NCBI GenBank assembly: GCA_038736825.1
Contig: JAVYME010000001.1
Coordinates: 102,708 to 134,707, forward strand
DNA length: 32,000 nucleotides
DNA from: Candidatus Iainarchaeum sp.
GTDB taxonomy: Archaea; Iainarchaeota; Iainarchaeia; Iainarchaeales; DTGL01
Direction of reading: 5' to 3'
In this document: positions 7,954 through 16,377 of the stretch, piece by piece
Numbering within the stretch: position 1 is the first letter of the stretch
Layout: every line of letters begins with the position of its first letter
Made by a program: the position numbers and the translations under genes
Notes under the pieces: generated by a model
Told to the model about the DNA's origin: nothing
What the model saw: the letters and a program-made list of their open reading frames with translations, nothing else
The model's database searches: none

Positions 7954-8012
7954 GGCATTGAATTTCTCTTTTTATTGCATTCCATTGAATGCAATTTTGA
8001 AATTGCAATGCC
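7954..8012 (+). promoter_or_regulatory. Extended imperfect hairpin / inverted repeat (22 bp) followed by T5, upstream of L3
   Basis: GGCATTGAATTTC (7954-7966) pairs with GAAATT-g-CAATGCC (7999-8012), with one bulge. The inner stem ATTGCATTC (7974-7982) pairs with GAATGCAAT (7987-7995) around the loop CATT. TTTTT follows at 8014-8018. Confidence 0.5.
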
Positions 8013-8045
8013 ATTTTTCTGGTGAGCCATAAGGGTGTTTGAAAG

Positions 8046-9074
8046 GTGACAAGAAAACACAAGCCAAGAAGCGGTTCGCTTGCATTTTATCCCAGAAAAA
8101 GGGCAAAATCCGAAAAACCCTTGATGAGAGCCTTCAAGCGCGACGGCGAAACAGTGAAAGTACTCAATTTTTATGGATATAAGGCTGGCATGACACACGT
8201 GACAGGCATAAACCAGCACCAGAAAAGCCACATGTTCGGGCAAAAAACCGTTGTGCCAGTAACCTTGATAGAATGCCCTCCAATAAGAATCACTGGATTC
8301 AGGGCATACGGTTCAAACCCTTACGGGGAATTCGCAATAAGCGAAGAATGGGCAAAAGAACTGCCAAAAGAGATTTCGAGAACCATTGCTGGAAAAAAAG
8401 AAGCGAAAAAAAAGGAAAAAGAAAGCACTGAAAACAATAAAGAAAAAGCAAAAAAAGGCATTGAAAAAATAATGGAATCCCTTGCAGCGGGCGAAGTCAA
8501 AGAAATAAGGCTTATTGGGTGCTTGAGACCGGATTTGACTGGAATTGGCAAAAAAAAGCCAGAAATAGTGGAATTGTTCCTTGACGGCACGCCGGAAAAA
8601 CAATTTGAATTTGCAAAACAGTTTTTGGGAAAAGATGTTTCCGCAAGCGATGTATTCAATGCAGGCGATTTCTTGGATGTTTGCGCCATAACAACCGGCA
8701 AAGGCTTTAGCGGAGTAGTGAAAAGAGCCGGAGTGAAAAGCGACAACCGAAAAGCAAAAAAAGAAAGAATTGTCGGCAGCATTGGCCCATGGCATCCACC
8801 AACAGTAATGTTCACTGTTGCAAGAGCCGGACAGCTTGGCTACCACAAGAGAACAGAATTCAACAAAAAACTCCTAAAAATAGACTCCGATCAAAGCATT
8901 AACCCGAAAAGCGGCTTCAAACACTATGGCTTGATAAAAAACCCATACTTGATTGTAGAAGGCTCAATTGCTGGACCAGTCAAGAGATGCGTTGAAATGA
9001 GAAAAGGCATTAGGCCAAAACCCCTTGAAAAAGTGCTAATAACGGAGGTTGACTTTATTGCCTCAAAAGCATAG
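8046..9074 (+). CDS. rpl3: 50S ribosomal protein L3 (uL3)
   Basis: GTG start (an in-frame TGA lies at 8040). MTRKHKPRSGSLAFYPRKRA is the archaeal L3 N-terminus. First gene of the conserved cluster. Confidence 0.95.
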   Translation: MTRKHKPRSGSLAFYPRKRAKSEKPLMRAFKRDGETVKVLNFYGYKAGMTHVTGINQHQKSHMFGQKTVVPVTLIECPPIRITGFRAYGSNPYGEFAISEEWAKELPKEISRTIAGKKEAKKKEKESTENNKEKAKKGIEKIMESLAAGEVKEIRLIGCLRPDLTGIGKKKPEIVELFLDGTPEKQFEFAKQFLGKDVSASDVFNAGDFLDVCAITTGKGFSGVVKRAGVKSDNRKAKKERIVGSIGPWHPPTVMFTVARAGQLGYHKRTEFNKKLLKIDSDQSINPKSGFKHYGLIKNPYLIVEGSIAGPVKRCVEMRKGIRPKPLEKVLITEVDFIASKA

Positions 9075-9876
9075 GCTTGCAGTGCCGGTTTTCTCCCTTG
9101 ACGGAAAAAAAATCAAGGAAGAAATCCTTCCAGAGGTTTTTTCAGAAGCAATAGAGCCAGAACTAATAGAAAGAGCAGTGCTCTCAATAAATTCTGCGAG
9201 AAAACAACCCCAAGGGGTAATGCCGCACGCTGGAATGAACACTACCGCAGAATACCGTGGAAGCAGAAAACTGCCGGCTGACGTGAGAGGCATAAACATT
9301 GAAAGGTCAAGATTGCCTAGAACAAAAAACCGCAGGGCAAAAAATGCTGGAAGGGTTGCAGGCGTGCCAAGAGCAGTAGGTGGCCCAAAAGCCCACCCTC
9401 CAAAAGTGGAAAAGAAAATATTGGAAAAAATAAACAAAAAGGAAAAAAGAAAAGCATTGAAAAGCGCTGTTGCAGCCGCAAAAGAGTTCTCGCTTGTATC
9501 CAAAAGGCACTCGCTTGAAAAAGAAATTCCCCTCCCAATTGTGATAGAAGACAAATTTGAAGAACTCAAAAAAACAAAAGACGTTATTAAAGCGCTTTCA
9601 GCAATAGGCCTTTCAAGAGACCTGGAAAACGCGAAAAAAAAGACAGTAATGCGCTCTGGAAAGGCAAGAAGGCGCGGCAGAACAAAAAAGGAAAAAAAGA
9701 GCGTTTTGATTGTAACAGGAAAGGACGCGCCTGTTTACAGGGCAGCAAGAAACATTGAAGGCGTGGACATTTCCCCAGTAAACAGGCTTAACGCTGCATT
9801 ATTGGCGCCAGGCGGAATGCCCGGAAGGCTTGCAGTATTCACTGAAAGCGCTCTGGCTGAAATGAAAAAGTGGTAA
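9058..9876 (+). CDS. rpl4: 50S ribosomal protein L4 (uL4)
   Basis: VFSLDGKKIKEEILPEVF plus a Lys/Arg-rich core. TTG 9058 chosen because GGAGGT (9044-9049) lies 8 nt upstream. GTG 9082 is an alternative start. Confidence 0.9.
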   Translation: MPQKHRLAVPVFSLDGKKIKEEILPEVFSEAIEPELIERAVLSINSARKQPQGVMPHAGMNTTAEYRGSRKLPADVRGINIERSRLPRTKNRRAKNAGRVAGVPRAVGGPKAHPPKVEKKILEKINKKEKRKALKSAVAAAKEFSLVSKRHSLEKEIPLPIVIEDKFEELKKTKDVIKALSAIGLSRDLENAKKKTVMRSGKARRRGRTKKEKKSVLIVTGKDAPVYRAARNIEGVDISPVNRLNAALLAPGGMPGRLAVFTESALAEMKKW

Positions 9877-9879
9877 AAA

Positions 9880-10176
9880 ATGAAAAAAAAGGAAGAACAG
9901 AAAAAAACAATTTCCGGAAAACACAAAGAGATAATTTTGTTCCCGCTAATAACAGAAAAAGCAGTTGACGCAATCGAAAAAGACAACAAAATAGCCTTTG
10001 TTGTCGGAAAAAAAGCCACCAAAACAGAAATAAAAAACCAGATTGAAAAAGAATTCAATGTCAAGGTTGACAGCGTGAATGTTTTAAACGACATGAAGGG
10101 AAGAAAAAGAGCAATAGTGAAAATCGCAAAAGAATTCAAAGCAAACGACATTGCAATGAAATTAGGCGTAATATGA
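9880..10176 (+). CDS. rpl23: 50S ribosomal protein L23 (uL23)
   Basis: ILFPLITEKAVDAIEKDNKIAFVV...KTEIKNQIEKEFNVKV; position in the cluster. Confidence 0.93.
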   Translation: MKKKEEQKKTISGKHKEIILFPLITEKAVDAIEKDNKIAFVVGKKATKTEIKNQIEKEFNVKVDSVNVLNDMKGRKRAIVKIAKEFKANDIAMKLGVI

Positions 10177-10187
10177 TGGTGAACTGA

Positions 10188-10901
10188 ATGGGAAAACGAA
10201 TTGAAATCCAGCGCAGGGGAAAAGGAGGACCAGTCTGGACAGCAAGAAAAAAAGGAAGAAAATCCAGTTACCCTCCACTTGAAAAAGGAAAAGATGTTGA
10301 AAAAGGCCAAATAGTGGAATTCTCCAAAGAGATTGGAAGAAACGCGCTTTTGGCAAGAGTTTTAATGGATTCGGAAAAGGAATTCTATGTGGTTGCAGCA
10401 GAAGGGGTTTTCCTAGGGCAAGAAATAGAAATGGGCAGAAAGGCTGAAATCAAAATAGGCAATATTCTGCCATTGTCAGAAATCCCTGAAGGATGCCCAG
10501 TATTCAACATAGAAATGAGGCCTGGCGATGGAGGCAAACTGGTAAGGGCAACCGGCAGCTATTCATTACTCGTATCAAAAAACAACAAAACAGCGGTTTT
10601 AAGGCTGCCTTCAGGCAAAAACAAAGAAGTTTTGGCTGAATGCAGGGCAAGCATAGGAAACGTTGCATGCGGTGAAAGAACTGAAAAACCATTCATTAAA
10701 GCAGGCGCAAAATTCCATTACATGAAGGCAAAAAGCAGGCCTTGGCCGGTTGTCAGGGGAGTTGCCAAAAATGCATTGGATCACCCCTTTGGCGGAGCAC
10801 AACACCATGCTGGAAAAAGCAAGAGCGTTTCAAGGAATGCGCCTCCTGGAAGGAAAGTTGGAGCAATCGCTTCAAGGCGCACTGGGAGAAGAAAGAAATG
10901 A
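10188..10901 (+). CDS. rpl2: 50S ribosomal protein L2 (uL2)
   Basis: QRRGKGG..., GDGGKLVRATGSY, DHPFGGAQHHAGKSKSVSRNAPPGRKVG. Confidence 0.96.
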   Translation: MGKRIEIQRRGKGGPVWTARKKGRKSSYPPLEKGKDVEKGQIVEFSKEIGRNALLARVLMDSEKEFYVVAAEGVFLGQEIEMGRKAEIKIGNILPLSEIPEGCPVFNIEMRPGDGGKLVRATGSYSLLVSKNNKTAVLRLPSGKNKEVLAECRASIGNVACGERTEKPFIKAGAKFHYMKAKSRPWPVVRGVAKNALDHPFGGAQHHAGKSKSVSRNAPPGRKVGAIASRRTGRRKK

Positions 10902-10926
10902 ATTTGGAGTGAAAGAAGGGATGTAA

Positions 10927-11322
10927 ATGGTTAAAGCCAGTTTCACTTACAAGGGCAAAACGCTTGAAGAACTCAAAAAAATGTCCATTGAAGAGTTCGC
11001 AAGCCTTGTCCCATCAAGAGCGAGAAGATCATTGTTGCGTGGCACCAACAAACTCATACACAAAAAAATAGATGAAGCAATCAAACTCAAACAAACACAA
11101 AAAGTGATAAGAACACATGACAGGGAAGCAGTTGTCACTCCAAAAATGCTTGGCTTCAAAATAGGCATTCATTCAGGCAAAGAATTCCAGCAAGTGGAAA
11201 TAGTGCCTGAAATGCTTGGCCACAAGCTGGGCGAACTAGCCCTCACAAGAAAAAGATTAAAGCACGGCAAAGCCGGCGTGGGCGCAACCAAATCCAGCAC
11301 TGCAATTACAGCGAGAGGATGA
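10927..11322 (+). CDS. rps19: 30S ribosomal protein S19 (uS19)
   Basis: FTYKGKTLEEL..., IRTHDREAVVTPKMLGFKIGIHSGKEF, GHKLGELALTRK. Confidence 0.95.
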   Translation: MVKASFTYKGKTLEELKKMSIEEFASLVPSRARRSLLRGTNKLIHKKIDEAIKLKQTQKVIRTHDREAVVTPKMLGFKIGIHSGKEFQQVEIVPEMLGHKLGELALTRKRLKHGKAGVGATKSSTAITARG

Positions 11323-11323
11323 A

Positions 11324-11800
11324 ATGGTTAAGGAAAAATACCAAGCAATAGAGGCAAGGGATGAAATTACAGCCAAGGCAATGCTCAAAAACAAGCCTGT
11401 CAGCCTCAAATACTCCACTGAAATATGCAATCTGATAAGGGGACAGCCTGTGGCAAAAGCCGAAAGGCTTTTAAATGAAATAATTGCCCACAAAAAATTC
11501 CTTCCCTTGCTAAAATACAAAAAAAAGGTGCCGCACAGGAAAGGACAGAGTTTTGCAGGCACAAAGGCAGGGCGCTATCCTGAAAACACTTGCAAGGCAT
11601 TCCTTGAACTTTTGGGCTATGCAAAGGCAAACGCTGAAAACAAGGGATTGGACAGCGAAAAACTCTTGATAAGGCATTGCTTTGCAAGCAAGGGCTTTAG
11701 GAGATTCAAAATGCAACCCAAGGGAAGGATTGCTGGAAAAAGAAGAAGGGCAAAATCCGCACACCTTGAAGTCATCCTGCAAGAGGTTGAATCAATATGA
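11324..11800 (+). CDS. rpl22: 50S ribosomal protein L22 (uL22)
   Basis: VSLKYSTEICNLIRGQPVAKAERLLNEII; position in the cluster. Confidence 0.93.
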   Translation: MVKEKYQAIEARDEITAKAMLKNKPVSLKYSTEICNLIRGQPVAKAERLLNEIIAHKKFLPLLKYKKKVPHRKGQSFAGTKAGRYPENTCKAFLELLGYAKANAENKGLDSEKLLIRHCFASKGFRRFKMQPKGRIAGKRRRAKSAHLEVILQEVESI

Positions 11801-12648
11801 TAGAACGTTACTTCATAGAACAGGGAATGAAAAAAATCAAGCTTGAAGAGTATTTCAAAAACGAGCTTGACAGGGCTGGCTTCACTGGAATGAAAATACA
11901 AAAAACCCCTCTCGCCACAAAAATAACATTGAGAGTTGCAAAACCAGGGCTTGCAATCGGAAAAAAAGGAAAAACCATTAGAACAATCACTGAAGAAATA
12001 GCTGAAAAATTCGGCATAGAAAACCCAGAACTGGAAATACAGCAAATAGAAAAACCAGAACTTGACGCACAAGCAATGGTGGACAGAATAATCACACTAT
12101 TAGCGCGCGGCTATTCTTGGAGAAGCGTTGCATACAAAAGCATTGAAGACATAATGCAGGCTGGAGCGCAAGGAGTTGAATTGATTTTCAAGGGAAAGCT
12201 TGCAGGCAAAAGCGGAAGAAAAAAGAAAGAAAGACTGGCAAAAGGCTACATGAAAAAAGCAGGCGAACAATCCAGTCTTGTGGATTACGCTCACGGCACA
12301 GCATACCCCAAAGTTGGAGCAATAGGAGTAAAACTGCGCATTATCAAACCAGACGTGGTTTTCCCAGACAAAAAGAAAATAGAAGACATAATAGAAGAAA
12401 AAAAGAGAGGCAAAACAGAGGAAAAAAAAGAAGAAAAAACAGAAACAACAGAAAAAGAAGAACCCGAAAAGGAAACCACTGAACCCGAAAAAACACAAGA
12501 AAAAGAAAAAACCCAGGAACCAGAAAGCAAAGAAAAAACAGAAAAAAAAGAAAACAAAAAGAAAGAAAAAAGCGAAAAAGAAGCAAAAAAAACAGAAAAA
12601 GAAAAAAAAGCCAGCGCAAAAAAAGAAACAGAAAAAAAGGAACAGTGA
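11797..12648 (+). CDS. rps3: 30S ribosomal protein S3 (uS3) with an ~85-aa Lys/Glu C-terminal tail
   Basis: KH-domain core (FIEQGMKKIKLEEYFKNELDRAGF..., LAIGKKGKTIRTITEEI). ATGA overlap with L22. The tail from ~12395 is EEKKRGKTEEKKEEKTETTEKEE... Confidence 0.95.
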   Translation: MIERYFIEQGMKKIKLEEYFKNELDRAGFTGMKIQKTPLATKITLRVAKPGLAIGKKGKTIRTITEEIAEKFGIENPELEIQQIEKPELDAQAMVDRIITLLARGYSWRSVAYKSIEDIMQAGAQGVELIFKGKLAGKSGRKKKERLAKGYMKKAGEQSSLVDYAHGTAYPKVGAIGVKLRIIKPDVVFPDKKKIEDIIEEKKRGKTEEKKEEKTETTEKEEPEKETTEPEKTQEKEKTQEPESKEKTEKKENKKKEKSEKEAKKTEKEKKASAKKETEKKEQ

Positions 12649-12653
12649 AAAAC

Positions 12654-12881
12654 ATGAAAAAAACAGCAGAAATAAGGGAAATGCCATTGGCTGAAATAAA
12701 GGAAAAAACAGCCGCTTTGAGAAAAACCCTGGCAAAAGAAAAAGCAGTTCTGGCATCAGGCACAAGACCTGAAAACCCCGGAAAAATCCGCTCTATAAAA
12801 AGAGACATTGCAAGAATGCTCACAATAATAAAAGAAAAAGAAACAGAAACTGAAAAGAAAGAAAAAGAGGTGAAGAAATAG
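12654..12881 (+). CDS. rpl29: 50S ribosomal protein L29 (uL29)
   Basis: MKKTAEIREMPLAEIKEKTAALRKTLAKEKA...IRSIKRDIARMLTI. ATG 12654 is preceded by AGTGA. GTG 12645 is an alternative start. Confidence 0.9.
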   Translation: MKKTAEIREMPLAEIKEKTAALRKTLAKEKAVLASGTRPENPGKIRSIKRDIARMLTIIKEKETETEKKEKEVKK

Positions 12882-12883
12882 AA

Positions 12884-13186
12884 ATGGCTGAATTCTGCCC
12901 TGTCTGCGGCCAGCTCAAAGAACTGTGTGTTTGCGGAGAAATGGCAAAAGAATCTCAAAAAATCAGGGTGCGAACACTGCAAAGAAGGTTTGGAAAATTT
13001 GTCACAACAGTAAGCGGCCTTGACAAAGACATCAATATTGACGAACTCAACAAAGAACTAAAAAAAAGGCTTGCATGCGGTGGAACCGTGAAAAACGGCA
13101 TAATAGAATTGCAGGGCGCCCACAAAGAAAAAGTCAAAGAAATCCTGTTAAAACAAGGATTCAAAGAAGAACAAATAGACGCTTAA
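12884..13186 (+). CDS. Translation initiation factor SUI1 (aSUI1/eIF1)
   Basis: CPVCGQLKELCVCG followed by IRVRTLQRRFGKFVTTVSGLD...LACGGTV..IELQG. Confidence 0.93.
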   Translation: MAEFCPVCGQLKELCVCGEMAKESQKIRVRTLQRRFGKFVTTVSGLDKDINIDELNKELKKRLACGGTVKNGIIELQGAHKEKVKEILLKQGFKEEQIDA

Positions 13187-13198
13187 AACGGTGAAAAA

Positions 13199-13495
13199 AT
13201 GCAAGAAAACTACGGAATAAATGAAAAAAACCTCTTAGCCCACGAACTAATAGGGCTCAAAGCAAGAGTGAGTGAATCAAATTGCAAAGAAAGAATTGGA
13301 ATTGAAGGAACAATAGTTGACGAAACAAAAAACACCTTCAAACTGGAAACAAAAAAAGGAGAAACAATACTGCCAAAAAAAGAATGCATTTTTGAATTCT
13401 CACTGCCAAAAAACAAAAAAGCCACAGTTAAAGGAAAGACTTTGTGCTTTAGGCCAGAAGACAGAATCAAAGAATACTGGAGGAAAGCCATATGA
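13199..13495 (+). CDS. rnp1: RNase P protein component 1 (Rpp29/Pop4)
   Basis: [50 protein letters not shown]; conserved position between SUI1 and S17. Confidence 0.88.
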   Translation: MQENYGINEKNLLAHELIGLKARVSESNCKERIGIEGTIVDETKNTFKLETKKGETILPKKECIFEFSLPKNKKATVKGKTLCFRPEDRIKEYWRKAI

Positions 13496-13788
13496 ACGAA
13501 TGCAATGACAGCAAGTGCCCAATCCATGGAACCACAAGAGTAAGAGGACAATCCTTTAAAGGCAAAGTGATAAGCGCAAAGCCAACCCGCACAGTCACAG
13601 TGGAAAGAACCATTATACGGTTTGTGCCAAAATTTGAAAGATACAAAAAAACAAGGTCAAGAGTGCACGCCCACAATCCCCCGTGCATTAACGCAAAAGA
13701 AGGCGACACAGTAATAATAGGTGAAACCAGAAGGCTAAGCAAAACAAAAAATTTTGCGGTTTTAAAAATAGTGAGTGGTGAAAAATGA
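13492..13788 (+). CDS. rps17: 30S ribosomal protein S17 (uS17)
   Basis: [31 protein letters not shown]...[33 protein letters not shown] overlap. Confidence 0.95.
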   Translation: MNECNDSKCPIHGTTRVRGQSFKGKVISAKPTRTVTVERTIIRFVPKFERYKKTRSRVHAHNPPCINAKEGDTVIIGETRRLSKTKNFAVLKIVSGEK

Positions 13789-14183
13789 AAGCAATAAGTG
13801 CCTCTCAAACAAAATGCCTTACGCTCAGAAGCTCGCTCTTTTGCACAGACAATTCTGGCGCAAAAGAACTCTACATTATAGGAGTTTTCGGGCACAAAAC
13901 AAGAAAAAAAATGAGCCCAAAAGCAGGAATAGCTGACATGCTGAACGTAGTTGTAAAAAAAGGAAAACCGGAAATAAGGAAAAAAGTTGAAAGAGCGGTT
14001 GTAGTAAGAGTCAAAAAAGAATACCGCAGACCTGATGGAACCCGCGTAAAGTTTGAAGACAATGCAGCAGTGCTTGTGGACGACAAAGGAGTTCCAAAAG
14101 CAAGCGAGATAAAGGGGGCTGTTGCAAAAGAAGCAGCAGAACGCTGGCCGAAAATCGCAGGCCTTGCAGAACAAATAGTTTGA
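13785..14183 (+). CDS. rpl14: 50S ribosomal protein L14 (uL14)
   Basis: [17 protein letters not shown]..., [19 protein letters not shown] overlap. Confidence 0.95.
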   Translation: MKAISASQTKCLTLRSSLFCTDNSGAKELYIIGVFGHKTRKKMSPKAGIADMLNVVVKKGKPEIRKKVERAVVVRVKKEYRRPDGTRVKFEDNAAVLVDDKGVPKASEIKGAVAKEAAERWPKIAGLAEQIV

Positions 14184-14193
14184 AGTGATGGTC

Positions 14194-14583
14194 ATGAAAT
14201 CAAGCAAGCCGAAAAAGAACAGAAAGGCTTTCTATGAAAAGCCACTCCACAAAAAACAAAAAAGCCTGGCAGCACACCTCTCCAAAAAACTAGCGGAAGA
14301 ACTCGGCAGGCGCTCGGTTCCGCTCCGCAAAGGAGATGAAGTGAAAATCATCAGAGGAGACTTCAAGGGCAAAAAAGGAAAAATATCCAGGGTTGACCTT
14401 TCAAGAGGACGCGTTTACATTGAAAAAATTTCCAGAAAAAAAGCCGATGGAACTGAAACACAGGTTCCATTTCAAGCATCAAAGCTCATCGTGGAATCAC
14501 TTGACAGGGGAGACAGCAAAAGGCTTAAATTCTTGAAAAAAGAAAGGGAAAGCAAAGGCAAAAAAACAGCTGAAAATGAATAA
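14194..14583 (+). CDS. rpl24: 50S ribosomal protein L24 (uL24)
   Basis: KOW motif LRKGDEVKIIRGDFKGKKGKISRVD. ATG 14194 sits 6 nt after AGTGA. 14185 and 14188 are alternative starts. Confidence 0.92.
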   Translation: MKSSKPKKNRKAFYEKPLHKKQKSLAAHLSKKLAEELGRRSVPLRKGDEVKIIRGDFKGKKGKISRVDLSRGRVYIEKISRKKADGTETQVPFQASKLIVESLDRGDSKRLKFLKKERESKGKKTAENE

Positions 14584-14595
14584 AGGTGAAAAACA

Positions 14596-15312
14596 ATGGC
14601 TAAAAAAGGCGGAAATAAAAGGCAAAAACGCTTTACTGCAAGCAAAGCCAGGCAAATGAACACAAAAAGCGAAAAATGGACAGTAAAATCCATTCCAGGG
14701 CCATTTTCAAAAGAAAAAAGCATTCCTCTGGGAGTTCTTTTAAGAGACTTGCTTGGAATTGGCAGAAATTTGCGCGAAACAAAAATAGTTTTGCACCAGG
14801 GAAAGGTTTCAGTCAATGGAAAAAAAAGACGCGATTACAGGTTTCCGGTTGGATTGTTTGACATTATTTCAATTGAAGGCTTTGAAAAAGATTTCATGAT
14901 GGTTTTTGACAGGAAGGGAAAACTCTTGCCAAAAGAAAAAAGCAAAGAAGAAAAAAAATCCAAGGTTTGCAGAATTGAAGGAAAAAAAACAGCAAAAAAA
15001 GGCAAAACCCAGCTATTAACCAATGACGGCAGAAACATTCTGGTTGAAAAAGGCAGTGAGATCAATACAAACGATTCAATAGAAATAGAAGTACCATCCC
15101 AAAAAGTGCTGAAAATATTTCGCTTTGAAAAAGGCGCAAAAGTTTTCATACGAGGTGGAAAGCACGCAGGACAAGAAGGCATAATAAAGGAAATAATTGA
15201 AGGAAGCACAGAACAGGCTCTCAAGCCAGAAAAGCTTGTGCTGGTAAAATCCGGCTCAAAAGAATTTCAAACCAATTCAAAAAACATTTTCGTAATAGGT
15301 GAAGCAAAGTGA
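14596..15312 (+). CDS. rps4e: 30S ribosomal protein S4e (eS4)
   Basis: KWTVKSIPGPFSKEKSIPLGVLLRDLLG..., VSVNGKKRRDYRFPVGLFDIISI. Confidence 0.94.
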   Translation: MAKKGGNKRQKRFTASKARQMNTKSEKWTVKSIPGPFSKEKSIPLGVLLRDLLGIGRNLRETKIVLHQGKVSVNGKKRRDYRFPVGLFDIISIEGFEKDFMMVFDRKGKLLPKEKSKEEKKSKVCRIEGKKTAKKGKTQLLTNDGRNILVEKGSEINTNDSIEIEVPSQKVLKIFRFEKGAKVFIRGGKHAGQEGIIKEIIEGSTEQALKPEKLVLVKSGSKEFQTNSKNIFVIGEAK

Positions 15313-15827
15313 GCGCTCAAGAAAACCCAATGAGAGAAATACGCATTTCAAAGGTAGTCGTAAACATGGGTGTCGGCGAAAGCGGAGAAGAGCTTGAAAA
15401 AGCAATCAAAATAATGCAACAAATTACTGGCGCAAAAATAGTGAAAACCAAAGCCAAAGTAAAACTCCCAACATGGGACATAAGGCCAGGGCTTGAAATT
15501 GGCGCCAAAACAACGCTTAGGGGCGCAAGAGCGCTTGAATTCCTGAAAAACGCTCTTGCAGCAAAAGAAAACACTCTCTCTGAAAGAAACTTTGACAATT
15601 GCGGCAATTTTGGCTTTGGCATAAGGGAACACATTGAATTGCCAAAAACAAAATATGACCCAAAACTTGGAATCAGGGGATTTGATGTTTTAGTGTGCCT
15701 TGAAAGACCGGGCTACAGGGTAAAAAAAAGAAAGCATTGCAGGTCCATGGTTGGAAAAAAACACTGCATTTCAAGGAAAGAGGCAATTGCATTTGTTAAA
15801 GAAAAACTTGGAGTGAGCGTGAACTGA
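15309..15827 (+). CDS. rpl5: 50S ribosomal protein L5 (uL5)
   Basis: NPMREIRISKVVVNMGVGESGEEL. GTG start 6 nt after AGGTGA (15297-15302). Confidence 0.94.
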   Translation: MSAQENPMREIRISKVVVNMGVGESGEELEKAIKIMQQITGAKIVKTKAKVKLPTWDIRPGLEIGAKTTLRGARALEFLKNALAAKENTLSERNFDNCGNFGFGIREHIELPKTKYDPKLGIRGFDVLVCLERPGYRVKKRKHCRSMVGKKHCISRKEAIAFVKEKLGVSVN

Positions 15828-15959
15828 ATGGTCAAAAAGAGGCCGAGATGCAAGTTTTGCGGTGCAGCAGACGCGGTAATAAGAAAGTACAGGTTGAACA
15901 TTTGCAGGAGATGCTTTAAAGAAAAGGCTGAAAAGCTAGGATTTAGGAAATTTGACTAG
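15828..15959 (+). CDS. rps14: 30S ribosomal protein S14 (uS14, zinc-ribbon type), 43 aa
   Basis: Not in the supplied ORF track (under 60 aa). Hand translation: MVKKRPRCKFCGAADAVIRKYRLNICRRCFKEKAEKLGFRKFD*, with CxxC...CxxC. Expected slot between L5 and S8. Confidence 0.9.
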   Translation: MVKKRPRCKFCGAADAVIRKYRLNICRRCFKEKAEKLGFRKFD

Positions 15960-15968
15960 GTGAAGTGA

Positions 15969-16361
15969 ATGACTCTGACTGACCCCATATCTGATGCCCT
16001 TGTTTCAATAAAAAACTGTGAGCTTGTGGCAAAAAAAGAAATGCTTTTCAGGCCCGGTTCAAAACTGTTGGGCAGCATCTTGGAAGTAATGAAAGCCCAC
16101 AACTACATAGTCGACTATGAATTCATAGATGACGGAAAAAGCGGCATTTACAGGATAAAACTGGCAGGCAAAATAAACGAGTGCAGGGCAGTAAAGCCCC
16201 GTTACACAGTAAAAAAGAACGGGTTTGAAAAATTCGAGAAAAGGTTTTTGCCGTCAAGGGACATAGGGTTGCTCATTGTGAGCACTCCAATGGGCGTGAT
16301 GTCCCACAAAGAGGCAATAGCCAAAAAAACAGGGGGAAGGCTGCTAGCATACGTTTACTAG
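15969..16361 (+). CDS. rps8: 30S ribosomal protein S8 (uS8)
   Basis: LTDPISDALVSIKNCE..., STPMGVMSHKEA..KTGGRLLAYVY. Confidence 0.95.
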   Translation: MTLTDPISDALVSIKNCELVAKKEMLFRPGSKLLGSILEVMKAHNYIVDYEFIDDGKSGIYRIKLAGKINECRAVKPRYTVKKNGFEKFEKRFLPSRDIGLLIVSTPMGVMSHKEAIAKKTGGRLLAYVY

Positions 16362-16377
16362 AAAAAAGAGTGGTTTT

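Noticed and set aside
7926-8243. 105-aa minus-strand ORF spanning the L3 start and the upstream gap
   Set aside because: It overlaps L3 antisense and shows no motifs. The gap is better explained by the structured inverted repeat.
8385-8480. Lys/Glu-rich internal stretch of L3, considered as an insertion
   Set aside because: Total L3 length (342 aa) is normal for archaea, so this is probably the ordinary variable surface segment with lineage-typical K/E composition.
12395-12648. Repetitive GAAAAAA-type DNA that might suggest a CRISPR array or tandem repeat
   Set aside because: There is no fixed-length direct repeat/spacer periodicity. The region is an in-frame low-complexity coding tail. No cas genes are present.
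12100-12982. Minus-strand ORFs of 221 and 212 aa (12100-12765, 12344-12982), made of poly-Phe/Leu/Cys, that superficially look like membrane proteins
   Set aside because: They are the reverse complement of the K/E tail of S3 and of L29 (AAA/GAA codons read as TTT/TTC). The hydrophobicity comes from base composition, not from a real gene. The same applies to 22793-23374, 24110-24568, 24333-24824, 8313-8846, 9063-9569, 9735-10310 and 16878-17369.
13467-14207. 246-aa minus-strand ORF over S17/L14
   Set aside because: Same artefact: antisense to two well-supported ribosomal genes, with a Phe/Cys/Ser-rich nonsense composition.
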